The notes under the pieces: generated by a model
What the model was told of the DNA's origin: nothing
What the model saw: only the letters and a program-made list of their open reading frames with translations
Database searches by the model: none
Shown here: positions 48,222-60,830 of the stretch, piece after piece
Layout of the letters: every line of letters starts with the position of its first letter
How positions within the stretch are numbered: position 1 is the stretch's first letter
Source: Camelus dromedarius
Taxonomy: Eukaryota
NCBI RefSeq assembly: GCF_036321535.1
Contig: NC_087436.1
Coordinates: 112,284,001 to 112,348,000, forward strand
Direction: 5' to 3'
DNA: 64,000 bases
Made by a program: the position numbers and the translations under genes

Positions 48222-51111
48222 ACCCATGTTTCTGCTCAGCTCTCTCTCTGCTCCATTCTGCTTCCCTTACCTCTCCTTCTCTGGAAAGTATTTTCCCCAA
48301 GAAATCACTTGTATGAGAATACTCATGTTTGGGTGGGTACTCTTCTGCTAAAGAACACTCTGCTTCCAGGGAACCAAGCCTAAGACAGTAGGTACCAAAC
48401 GTGGGTGGTCCTAGGTGGTCGAAGGATGAGATTCCCAAACTGGATCACATGTTGCCTGAATGGCGATAAGGACCCCAGCACTGGTGTTAGGTGTTGATCA
48501 TTCCTGACATATTCCAGCATTATAATGGCCAAGGCTCTTACCTTTGCTGAACAGCTGGAAAGAGGCACATTACCTGATACAAAGAGTGAATAAAGAGATC
48601 ATATTCCAAAAGGGCTGCAGGATCAAGCTAACATGTACTGCCAGGACCAGTGATGGGAGTGGATCCAGATTATGCCAGACCAAGGTGGAAGGATACAAAG
48701 CTGGATAATGGAGAGCTTGTCAGTATGGGACACTCCTCTGAAATATCACATTTACCATTCTGACAAGGGCCCCAAGTGATGGTTCTTACACATAGCTGGA
48801 GCAACTCTTAGGAGCTTGGGGAAATTCATGGCTCACTTTCTATGAAGGAGGGATGCCAGATAAAGCATGGAAAACCATGGGGGAAGGATTCATGAGCCTC
48901 AGAGAAGTGAGGATGCTAGAATATGTCTATTATATGAGACCAGAAAATGTACCAACCAATTATGTTCCTTGGGTTGGCTCAGAGGATGATCTGTTTACCA
49001 AGGTGATAAAGAATGGTCTGGTAAGATAGTCACAAGCGGTGAAAAACCAACGGGTAGTTTTCCTCTGTAGTTCAGGACAGATGAAGGCAGATACTGCTTC
49101 AGAATGGACTTCCTAATTGCAATGAGGATCATAAGAACCCGAAACTGAAGAGGCCAGGTGGCAGCACTTAACAATCAGAAACAAACTGAACCCACTTGCC
49201 ATAGTAGACATCGAGATTGGGATGGCAGCCAAAGGTATGCCCAGTTTACAGACCGAAGAGTTCTCAGATCCAGAGCCCATTGACTGAAGGAAAGACCAGA
49301 TCTCCACAAAAAAAAAAAAAAAAAGAAAAAAGAAAAAAAGAAAAGAAAAGAAAACCTGCAACATCACAGCAAGTGTACAGAATGGTGCTTTCCCAGTCCT
49401 TCCCCTTAATGAGCAAACAACAGCAACAAAAGGATTATGGCCATTTACTCAGATAATTGTACACTGAGGACAGGCAAATAACCAGATCTTTCAAGGGTTG
49501 TAGAATTCAGGGTGTGAATATATAGTAACACCCAGGAACCCCTACCCACAGTGCCATTATTTCCCGTGTTATAGTGGGGACTGTGGGGGTCACTAATAAA
49601 TGAATTCCTGGCCCAGGTCCATCTCAAAGCAGATTAGTTGAATCCAGAGATTCACCCATTGCTATTTCCCCGATTTCTGAAGGTATAATCAAAATTGCCA
49701 TCCTTAGCAAATTGGCAGAACTCCCAAACTGACCTGGAGAATAAGAGCTATGATAGTAAGAAAGGCCAAGTAAAAGCCTGTGACGTTGTTTCTCCCTCCA
49801 AGATAGCAAATCAAAAACAGTATCTCATCCCAGAATATATATGGCAGATATTGGTGTCACTCTCAAATCCTTAATAGACTGTCATATCCCATTAACTTCA
49901 CTGGTGCAAAAACCAGATGGCTCATGATAGATATTCATGGACTATCACAAACTTAACCAAGTATAGTCTTATTCATGGCTGCTGTCCCAGATGGCGTGTC
50001 TTTACTGAAGGAGATTAGCATGATCTAAGATGTATTGAATGTGCTGTTGATCTAATGAATGTGTGATTTTCCATACTCATAAGAGAGGAAGATGAGAAGT
50101 AGGTTGTATTCTCATGAGACATATAAGAGTACACATTCCCAGTGTTGCTGCAAGGCCATGTTAACTTCCATTTTCTGTCATTATGTCATCCAAAAGCAGC
50201 CTGACCATCTGGACATCTCCAAGAAGGTAATGAGCACGTAACTGAGGAATCTGTTAGTCCTACCATATTGCAAACAATCCAGAGGCTGTTGGCCTGATAG
50301 AATGATGGAACTCTCTTTTGAGGACAGCTGAGGGGCCAGATTTAAGATGACACCTTAGAATATGGGGGGATATCCTTTATGATGTGGTATACACTTTAAC
50401 CAATGGCCGTTACATGTGATATGTGGCCAACAGGTAGAAGGCATGGGTGAGAGAACTAAGGATGAAAGTAGGATGAGCCACTTAGGAAATGTGTGTTTCC
50501 TTTGTCTGTAACTTCAGACTCCACAGGGATAAAAGTCTTGGTTTCCAGAGAAGGGGATGCATTCACCAAAGACCCAGAAGAGTGCTACTTGGTCATTTGA
50601 GAATCCTCACGGAAGTAGACCAGCAGTCACAGGAAACAGTTGCTACACCACTAGGGGCACTACACCCTCATCTTCATGAAGATATAAAACTTCTGCAACA
50701 CAATGAGACTAGGGGAAACTAAGTTTGGCATGGAAGTTATCCTCCAGAGTGGCACTTTGGTAGTACCGTGTCCCATGAATGGGCAGGTACAATAACCTTG
50801 GTCCTATGGGACTCTCCTATGTCCTTCTTGGGGACAGACTTCAGTCAATGACTGATTAACTTGGGGGTAAAAAAGGCTAGCCCCCCTTGTCCCAAGGTGG
50901 GACTAACTCTGTTACATTAGTCATGCTTTAGAGTTTCTTTGTAGGATCAATCTAAGACTAGTCTCAGTTGAAACCACATTCTTGCTTGGCTTTTTTCCCC
51001 TCCCTCTCCTCCTTTCCTCACTCCCTTTCCCCTGTGAGCACTTCCAAGATAAATCACTTGAGCAAAAATAACCATTTCAGGCTCTGCTTCAAGAGAATCT
51101 TGCCTAAGACA
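48222..51111 (+). mobile_element. Decayed ERV-L provirus (LTR16 / ERV3-16A3-like): partial 5' LTR to 48387, internal region, 3' LTR about 50770-51111
   Basis: Both LTRs end ctctgcttc...cctaagaca. PBS-like gtaggtaccaaacgtggg follows the 5' LTR. pol remnants lie inside. Confidence 0.85.
49904..50320 (+). pseudogene. pol: ERV-L pol remnants (reverse transcriptase and integrase), disrupted
   Basis: VQKPDGS**IFMDYHKLNQV, AAVPDGVSLLKEI, AVDLMNV*FSI, EYTFPVLLQGHVN (RT) and NNPEAVGLIE*WNSLL (IN). Confidence 0.85.
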
Positions 51112-51849
51112 CAGGGATTTTGGACAGTTTTGTTCTCTGTTGTATTAAAGTCTCTAGAAAAAAGTGCACAGCACACAAGGAGCACTTAGATAATATGTGT
51201 TGAATAAGAGCTTAATCCTTATCACACTGAATTCTCATGCTTGGCTCACTTGCTATTATTTATTTACTTTGTGATTTATGCCATTCATCTAACAGGCCTT
51301 TATCCAGTGCCTCCTATGTTCTAGGCTCTATGCCAAATGCTGTAGATGCAGAAAAACAAAAACTGATAGCCCATTCCTGAAGGCACTCTCAGTCTTATCA
51401 AGCAGACATGTCAATAAACCTGCTCATTTGTGTGCAATGTAATAAGCACCAAAACACAGAGGGGGCTGGATTTTTTTTTTAACCTCAAAGAGAAACAGAC
51501 AGTGGCCACAGTAGGCACTCAATAAATAAGCGAATATTAAATGAATAATTTGAAGGCATCTCTTGGAGTCTTGTGCAGTGTAATCCCTGGTTAGATCCTG
51601 CACAACCTCAGCTGCATCCCTGCAACTCAGCATGATCAGCCCTCCGTGTTCCGCTCATGCTGGAAAGGCCACCCCATTCCTCTTGGACTGGCTATCTCTT
51701 GTTCGCATGTAAGACTCAGTTCTGACAGCACCTTCCGTGGAGCGTCCCCTGACCCCACTCTACCCTGAGACCAGAGGAGGTGCCTTTTCTAGCCCTCTGT
51801 GCCTGCATTTTCCATTGTACCTTGCATTTTGTGCCATGATTTTCTGGCC

Positions 51850-52945
51850 GTTTTTTTAATTGTTTTAATTGTTTTTGTTTAATTATTCAATTGGTTTTTT
51901 TCCATCTCTGATTTTTTTTTAATGTTTCAATTTTTTTTATAATATCTAAGGGAGAATTAGCATGTGGGAAAAAAAAATACTTACCATGGCTTGGGTTTTA
52001 ATCAACAGTCTTTTTTTTTTTCATTTTTCATTTCAAATATATCTTTCCTTTAGCCTTTAAGTTCAATCTCCAAGTACAGCATATTTGCTATAAATTTAGT
52101 AATTAATGTGAAAATTAAGAACACTCTTGCTTGTTCTTTGATTTCTACTAATTTAACTCATAAATTTCATTGATTAATTTTCCCTAAGCATGTGAACATC
52201 ATTTTTTTTGTGAACATTATTTTTAAAGTTTGTCAAATTTTCTTAAACATATCAAATGGAAGTCACAAAAGAACTTATAAACTTAAAATCTCCCATACTG
52301 TCTAAAATTTCATTAATTAATTTCCCTTAAACATGTCAAACTATGATCATATACTGAATATATTTTATTTTCCCAATCACTTCAAACAGCTAACAAGACA
52401 AGCTTATAAACCTAACAACAAAAATCTTTCTAACTCTTCACAACTCTCTTAACTTTAATCCATACGAATTTATAAAATGAGTAAGTCAGATACGGTTAAG
52501 CATTTTAATATCTCCAAAACTAATGAATAAATATGGTAACTTAGATTCTCTTAAGCAAATATAACTAGATAAAATTAAATTAAATTTCAAGTCTAGATCC
52601 TTTAGAATGTCAGATTCTGTTAAATGTTTCAGATGTCCTACAAAGTATATCCAAACAGCATAATGGGTACAAAATTTCCTAATACACTTGTATAATCACA
52701 AATTACACAAAGATCTAAATAAATTTATTAAAAATTAATACATTTTTAACTTAAATTTATTTCTTCATCATCTATACACTTACATTTTATATCTTCCCAA
52801 GGCTGCAAAATCAGTTATCCAAATAAAGGTGATAGAATTATCGTCTCAGACCTAATATAGCTACTGAAATTACAGAGATCTGAGACCACAGTTGCAAATT
52901 CAAGGGCTTGGTCAAAGATTTGGGATTACATAAACTGAATCAAAT
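51850..52945. other. Unassigned very AT-rich block with a diverged internal duplication
   Basis: Abrupt compositional change. aaatttcatt.attaattt.cc.taa.catgt occurs at 52162 and 52305. Two minus-strand GTAAGT donors. Confidence 0.5.
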
Positions 52946-52959
52946 TATGAGGAAACAAT

Positions 52960-53600
52960 CAGACAAACAAATTAAGAACCATTCTACGAAACAACAGACT
53001 GCGCCCTTCAAAAATGTCAATGTTGTTTAAAAAAAAAAGAGAAAGACAGACAAGAAAGAAAACCAAACAGGCATGGTATCTAAATGTAATGCATGGTTCC
53101 AGATTGAATCCTGGATTTGAGAGGAAAATAGTGCCCTCAGGCAGCACTGGGACAATTAGCAAAATGTGAATCTGGACTACATATTGGATAATAGTTTGTA
53201 TTAAATTTAAGTTTTCTGAGCTTGATCATTACACTGTGACTTTGTAAGAGAATGTCGCCCTTTTTAGGAGAGTCATGCTGGAGTATTCAGGGGTGAGGTG
53301 TCAGATCACCACAATCGGTTCAGCAATTTAACAAATAAGAAGAAGCATAAAAAGAAGAATAAGAACGTGTGCATATTAACATGCAGAGAAAAAGAAAGCA
53401 AAAACATGGCAAAAATGTTAACAGTGGGTGCAACTAAGGTGAAGAGTGTGTTCAGAGCAATAGTCTTGCAAGTTTTCTGTAGTTGTTTTTACAAGACAAA
53501 AGGTTTTGTAGGTGTGTACATCTGTCAAAAATCCATCAAACTATACATCTAAAATATGTGGATTACTGTACAGAAATTATGCCACAATAAGGTTGTCTAA
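52960..53600 (+). mobile_element. L1MC4/L1ME-like 3'UTR
   Basis: cttcaaaaatgtcaatg...taaatgtaatgcatg...gggacaattagcaaaatgtgaat...tttgtaagagaatgtc. Confidence 0.8.
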
Positions 53601-53603
53601 AAT

Positions 53604-53692
53604 GTTTTTTATTGAAGTACTGTCAGTTAAAATGTGTCAATTTCTGGTGTACAGCATAATGTCCCAGTCATGTATATACATACATGTATTCG
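53604..53692 (-). mobile_element. Lineage-specific L1 extreme 3' end
   Basis: tttttattgaagtac.gtcagtt...tgtgtcaatttctggtgtacagcataatgtc. Confidence 0.8.
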
Positions 53693-54459
53693 TAAAACAT
53701 TTATTTTAAAAGAAAGAAAATTAAAAATAAAAAGATTAAAAGTAAGACTTGGGAAAAGCTCATGTGAATTTGGGCATGTCTTTGAAGAGAATTAAATTTG
53801 AGCAATAGATGATCAAAGGAACAGAAAACCACTCCAAGTTTAAATAAAAACCATCTACTGAAAGGATACTGGGTTCTTTGGAGCTGAAGGAAGGTTGGGA
53901 AACTGACTTCGGAAGGAAACTGACTTTTGAGGCTGCAGTTCTAGAAAAATGCCTAAAATCATATTTCCTCCCAAGGACAACAACATTGTCACCATTGTTC
54001 CTCAGACACCTGACGAAGCCCTGGGTGCAGTGGCCACTGGTCCTCCGAAGCCCGATGCGCCTGTCAGTAGCTGTCCTGATGGCCGCCAGAATGGATTCTC
54101 CAGGTCTCTGTTCTTTACATCAATCGCTCACCAGTCAAAGTTGAAGGTGTTTGCTTTTGATTACCTCAGTCTAAGACACAAACCAAAACACTAGCTGGGA
54201 GAGAAGCCAGGAAAAGCCAGCATCTGACCTCCAGCTCCCGCAACGGCAGGCAGGCTCTGCCCACCGTCATCAGCTGTCCCAGTGACAGGCTCCCCCGTCA
54301 CAGGAAGTGGGTTTATACCACGGGGAGAGAAAAGGAAAAGGATCCACGTCCATGACACCCAGAGCCCCCCTCTGAGGTTCTGCCTGCGGAATCAGGGGCC
54401 TCCTACACCAAGTCTTTCTGCTGAGATCGACTTTGCCACCCCGGGCTGAGCCCATTCCT

Positions 54460-54680
54460 TTCTTTTTTTTTATTTTTTCATTGAAGTATAGTTGATTTAC
54501 AATGTTGTGTTAGTTTCAGCTGTACAGCAAAGTGATTCAGTTTACACACACACATAGATACATATTCTTTTTCAGATTATCTTCCATTATAGGTTATTAC
54601 AAGAAATTGAATATAGTTCCCTGTGCTATACAGTAGGTCCTTGCTGTTCATCTGTTTTATATATAACAGTGTGTATAACT
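54460..54680 (-). mobile_element. Artiodactyl-type L1 3' end
   Basis: ttgaagtatagttgatttacaatgttgtgttagtttc...tagttccctgtgctatacagtaggtcc. Confidence 0.9.
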
Positions 54681-57306
54681 CATTTCTTTTTTAAGGTCAC
54701 CTTTTTGAACTCTTTTCACTGAACAAAAATCTGCCCACTACCTCTTTCAACTAAATATTTTGTTGCCTAATTACTTTACTGAATTCTGTGACCTTCTTCA
54801 CCCCCTCCCCTTTCTCTCCCCGAGTCAGGATTGTGGCAAACATCTCCCGGTTATGATTGGTACTAGGACACTCTCCAGCCTCTTTCTGGCTTTCTTATTG
54901 ATCTCAGTCACCATTTTGTGATGGTCTGTTGCCAGGACCTAGCACAGGGCCTGGAAAACGGTAGGCACTTAGGCGCAAGGATTGATAAATAAATGCATGA
55001 AGAAATGATAAGGAGCAAGTGGGTGCATGAAATCGGATACTATGAAAAATTACCTCTCTGACTAGCAATGATATATAAAATACACAGACTCAGGCACAGA
55101 CACAACTTCAGTTAGTTTCTTGGAAAAGCATTTCTGTATTCGAACATGAGGTTTGATTTGCCAAGGCTGCTGGGTCCATAGGGAGTGGGGTCTCTGCCTA
55201 GAAGGCAGGACGGCCTGGACATCTCCCTCCAGAGCAGCACTAACTTCTCCCCATCCCATGACCACTTGCCACCTTAGAAGGGACAACAAATGACTAACGT
55301 CACCCGTACTTCTGACACACCAGCCAGACCCTGAGCCTGGAGAATCATTCATTCTTGAATTTTGATTTTTGTTTAAGATGGGGAATACACAAAGGGTTAA
55401 TGATAAGTGTTCAGAATATACGCAGAGAAGCTAGTCCCAGGGCAAGATCTCCCACCCCTCCCATCTTTTTTTCTCTTTTCCTTGGCCTTCCCTCTGTGGC
55501 CAGGGACCTTAAAAACCTAGAGGCTGAAAAGCTCATTATCACCGGATAGAAATGTGAGTAAACAAGGCATTACAATAATGAATTCTACAGCAAAAGGCAG
55601 GAACAGAGGGAAGGTTTTTTTTTTTTTTTTCTGCAAAGAATTGGGCTGGAACTAGGCCATTTCCAGCTACAATAACCATAAGAAGGCTTTTGTCGGTTTC
55701 CAGACATGTAAATCAAAAAGGATACTTCAAGACAAAAATGGAAGGGGGGAACAGTCCTGACCGTTGACCCTCAACCTGCATTCCAAAACTGGCTCTAAGG
55801 CTAAGAAGCTCTAATCCCTCAACCAAACAGAGGAAGCTAAAAAGACTGGACATGAAAAGACTACAGGAAATGAGACTGGCAATAGCGTCTCCACATAGCG
55901 CTAGTCAAAGGACTTGGAGAAGTTAAAATGAGATAAAAAGGAAGAGTCGAAAAATTATCCACAGACTAGGTATCAAATCTGAGGCTGAAACCAGCTGAAC
56001 TGCCTCCTTAATTTCTCCCCGCTCCGTGGATGCTTCAAGTGCCAAATCCGGGGTTCCAGGGGCTGCCGTTAATGTGAAGGGAAGTGGGGTGCTTCTGCTT
56101 GTGAATTTCAAGTCTAAACTGTATTAGCGTAAGTGACAGGGATGCTGCTTGCGATTTGATTCTCAGGAGCCGGCTGTTTCTGATGTTTTACTAACAATTT
56201 GGGTAGATATGCCAAAACCAATATGTTCAGCCAGGTGCTGGGCAAATTTAGCCCAGCGTGGAACGGGGCCTGCACAAATCTGTATCCCCAGATGGAAGAT
56301 GCTGAGTTACAAATTAGTGCAATTCAAACAGAAGAGGTTTGACCAAGGGGAAGCTTACAGAGATCAAAGGGAAGCAGAGGGGAAACTGGATACAGTTGCA
56401 TGCTGTTCATTAGGAGGCAAAGGTACTTAATTATTTTATTCCAGTTTTTTGTCCCCCCAGAGAACTGGGTTAATGCTAATACTGTTCCAATTTGGCCCTA
56501 AACATTCCCCAAATTATAAGAAAGCTCTGTGTCACAGTGATATGGTAAATACAAAAGAAATTTCCTATGTCATTATTAATCTAGGACCAGGTATGAAATT
56601 CCAAGCATATTCAAAATCAGAACTTTATTTTAAAAAAAAAACAAAAATCTGTATTTACACATGAGTGTCATCAAAGAGATATATTTATTTATTCAGGGTG
56701 CCACATTTTCTCTGTATTTCCATCTACTTATAAAGTATTTCCCCCAAACAATAAGTTGTATTAAAATTGCAATTAACCAATATAATAATTCTTTATTATG
56801 GTATTATGTCATTTTTGTCTCTCAATAGGTATGTTCAATCACAGTGATTTAGTCATTTACCTCCCAGGTTGGAGGTCTTGCTCAGAAACAGAATAATAAT
56901 TGTATCTTAAAAGAATTGAAATCATGCATCCTGTCAACGGTGCTTTGTTAGCTAGAATTTGTGTATAAAGATCAAAAAGAGACAAGAATGCGAGGGTGGT
57001 TAACATAATAATATGTTAACATTATTTGCAATGCCCCTAATATTTAATTTGTAACCAAATTGCATGGCACTAAACCCCCTTGAAGTAAGTTCTAGAAGGG
57101 AGGGAAGGGCAAGGGGCAGGAGACAAGAGCTATATGACATGTGAACTGGCAGAAAGCACAGAAGGGCATTCAGGAAGGAGGTGTCACCTACACAAGGGCG
57201 AGCACCATAAAGAAAGACCAAAACTGTATGCTGGCTGCAAGTTCAGGAATAAGAGGATTGGTGGGGCATTCAGGAGGCTCGTCTGCAAGATGCTCAAAGA
57301 AAGTTC

Positions 57307-58081
57307 TGTGAGAAGAAACTCACTCCAAGGAAGTAATATTCGGGTCACCAATTACAAGCTGTAAGGGGTGTTTCTCCCCACACCACCAATTCTGCAACAC
57401 CAGCTCTGTCCCACAATTCAATTCAATCCTGACCCTGTCAACCTGGACCCCTCAGGTTAAGGGCTCAGTCTCACAAGACTGTCCCCCTCCCAACTTCAGA
57501 AGCCAATGGCAAGTCCAGGTTGTCACCTGTGCTTCTGACCAACTGGCCATAAATCAGAGGTTCCCATGACCCCCTTCTTGGGTTCCATTATTTTACTAGA
57601 GTGACTCACAGACCTCAGGAAACCCATTTACTTACAAGAGTATAAGTTTATTTCAAAGGCTATTAAAAGATGTGATTCAACAGTTAGATGAAGAGACGCA
57701 GAGGGCAAGGTCCTAAACAAAGGAGTTTCTGTCCTCGTGAAGTTTGGAGACTGGCACCGTGAAACATGTAAGGGTTCTGGTTCACCAACCCAGAAACTCT
57801 CCAAACCCCGTCCTTTTGAGGTTTTATGGAAGCATCATTACATAGACATGATTGATCAAATCACTGGCCATTGGGGTGGGACAGAATGTTCCATCCGTCT
57901 AATCACTTGGCTGGCTCCACTGGCAACCAGCCCCCATTCTTAGGCACTTTCCAGAAGGTCACCTCATTAACACAACAAAAGGTACCTTTATCACTCTCCT
58001 CACCAAGGGTTTTAGGAACTCTGTGCCAGAAATAGTTCAAAGACCAAATACATATTTTGTATTATAAATCACAATATCACA
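57307..58081 (-). mobile_element. MER21-like LTR
   Basis: caattcaattcaatcctgac...aggttaagggctcagtc.cacaagactg...ataaatcagaggttcccatgacc...aatatcaca. Confidence 0.85.
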
Positions 58082-58753
58082 GGAAGGAGCTGCATGGGGC
58101 AAGAAGAGGAAGGTTAGAGGTGGGGCCACAGGAACAGAAAGGAATCACGTCCACCTAACAGGAGAAAGCACGCAGTCTGGATTTTATTCCAACAGCAATT
58201 GTGTGTGAGTGTGTGTCTGTGTGTTGTGTGTATGTATGATTACAAATTCACGTTTATTCATTGAAGACTGCTATGCACTGGAGTCTGATTCTAATGCTAC
58301 AGAAACAGAAGGAACACAGCCTCTGCTCTCTGGAAGTACACATTCTAGAAAGAGGAAACAATGTAGAAACAAACAAGCAAGATGATGCTCTGGGTTTACC
58401 CAGAATTAAAACAGACGGATACGCTGGAGTGTGACTTGGGGCTATTTTTAAGATGAGTGGTGAAGGCACGTCTCTCTGAAGAGGTGATGTTTCAGCTACA
58501 AAAGACAATAATCATAACTAACGTTTGCATATCATTACACGTGCAGCTGTCTCCTAAGTACTTACAGGTTTAAAGTTGTTAAGATAGCTCCTGTTGTTAT
58601 CACATCCCTTCATAAATAAGAAAACTAAAGCAAAGGCAGGTTAAGTAACTTGCCTAACTTCCCTCTGTTAATAAGTGATGATTTTAAGTCAAGAAGTCTC
58701 ACTCCAAATCCTTCATTGTTTATTAGTTCATTCAGTGACATTATCTGAATGAG

Positions 58754-59109
58754 TGTAAAAAAATTAATAGACAGAAATCACAGTTAAATTGCATTGGGAG
58801 ACTAGAAGAGGAAGCTCTCACGCCCTGTTTGTGAGGATAGAGCCCAACAGGAAAAGGAAAGACTTCTTTCCTATTAGGATTCAGCCAGTGAAAACCCACG
58901 ACTCTTTGCTTACTCTAGCCCTCCCCACTTCTTTTTCCTCTTTATAAAAGAGACCTCCTTCCCTTGCCCTGCAGGGACTTGCATGTGGCCCACTGTCAAT
59001 GCAGATCCTGAACTGCAATTCTCTGCTGATCTTGAGTAAACCCATCATTGCTGGAGAGCTCTGTTGACCTAAAACAAATATATGACAGCCTATTTGTTTT
59101 AGGTCAACA
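58754..59109 (+). mobile_element. ERV1-type solo LTR
   Basis: TG...CA ends, TATA-like tttataaaag, polyA-like agtaaa, terminal tatttgttttaggtcaaca. Confidence 0.75.
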
Positions 59110-59397
59110 GAAAAGATGTGATATTTCAGAAGGACCCTGTCCTGTGAGACACTGCACAGTGTTTCTGACAGAGGATACAGCATAGAATAACAAGAAGGCA
59201 AAGAGATTCGGAGTATTGCAAGCAAGGGATAGGAGAAAGGCTCTGAGAGGTGTGCAGGGGCCAGAACGCACAAGTGTTTAGAAACCAAGGTAAGGGTTTT
59301 TGTTCTAAATATCATGGGAGATTTTAAGTGGGTGTTTTAGGTTTGATTTTTTTTTTTAATGTTACTTTGGCAGTTGGATGAAGAATAGAATGAGGAG

Positions 59398-59705
59398 TGC
59401 TATATGTGTGCCCTCAAAATTCACATGTTGACCTAACCCCCAACATGATGTGTTAGGAGGTGGAGCCCATGGATAAGATGAGTGTCCTTATGAAAGACCC
59501 CCAGGAGTTCTCTTGCCCCTTCTGCCATGTGAGGACCTAGGAAAAAGCAAATGATCTATTTCCAGAAAGTGAGACCTCACCAGATGCCAAATCTACTGGC
59601 ACCTGGATCTTGGACTTTCCAGCTTCCAGAACTCTGAAAAAATAAATTTCTGTTGCGTATCAGGCCCCCAGTCTATGGCATTTTAGTTATAGCAGCTGGA
59701 ATGGG
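59398..59705 (+). mobile_element. MLT1A-like MaLR LTR
   Basis: aaattcacatgttgacctaacccccaa...ctgccatgtgaggac...gatcttggactttccagc.tccagaac. Confidence 0.85.
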
Positions 59706-60271
59706 CAGGAAGAGAAGGAAGAGAAGAAGAGAGGCCAGTTGGAAGGTGATGACAGAAGTGCAAGAGAGAAATGCCATCAGAGCAGACTAGCAAGACCATA
59801 ATCAATATGAAAGAGGTAATGAGGACGTACCTTGGAGCTGGAGTTGAGAAGATGTGCTGCCAGGACAGGACATTTGGGACAGAAAGGAAGTCTAAATGAG
59901 CACTGTTTTCAACTTGAGCAACCTGGTGAATGAGTGGGGGTTCCCTTTGCTGAGATTGGATTGTGGGGAGGATGCTGGGAGGGGAGAAGGGATACAGGTT
60001 GTGATTAGGAAAGTAGTCATGTAGCAGGGTGACCTAAGTTGGCATGGGGATCAGAGAAGGAAAAGTCTTTTAAGGAAACACCTAAAGGAAGGCCATTTAG
60101 GAAATATAAGCTGTTTCTTCTTGAGTGATAGCCTTCTTCATGACCTCTCTCCTCAACCCGACTCATCCTTCAAGACCTGGCTCAGGCATCCTGTCCACTG
60201 TGAAACTTCCCTGACAGCTGAATATGGTCAAAAAGCAACTCTGTACCAGGCTCTCAGGCCAGATCAGGGGT

Positions 60272-60830
60272 GGATGCTATAGCAGATACTGCCCATTGTT
60301 TACCATCAGTTGCCACTTCTTTCCTGCTAATAGAACTTTGATTCAGGTAATATACAAAGAGCTCTTTATCTCAGGGAATGCATTCCCCTTCTCAGCCCAG
60401 AGGACAAATCATGACTGTTCTAAGCCAATCAGGTAATACCATTCCCTTTCTCCAGTGATTGGTCAAGAAGTAGACGTGCAATCCAGTTCTAGCCAATAAG
60501 ATATAAAGAGGAGTCTCTTGTCCCTTCTCCTTCCTCCTGTCTTGAACATAGATGTGATGCCTGGAGCTGCAGCAGGCATCTAATAACCACGAGGTGACAT
60601 GCAGGAGACTTAAAAGCCAAAATGCTAAAGATGGCAGAGTAGATAGATAGAAAGACCCTGGGTCCTTGATGGCAATACTGAGCCTTTGAATTGATACCAG
60701 GTATCACCTGTTTGCAGACTTTTTATCATGAGAGAAAAGTAAGCCTCTGTATGTTTACTACGGACTTATTTCTCACATATTTGTTAGAGTTTATGTTGCT
60801 GTGGACAAAAACATGCTAAGTGATGCATAT
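60272..60830 (+). mobile_element. Old MaLR LTR (MLT1J/K-like)
   Basis: gttctaagccaatca...ccagttctagccaataaga...gatgtgatgcctggagctgcagcag...gggtccttgatggca. Confidence 0.8.

Noticed and set aside
51977..51991. ATACTTACCATGGC similar to the U1 snRNA 5' end
   Set aside because: No downstream U1 similarity. It is the reverse complement of a splice-donor motif.
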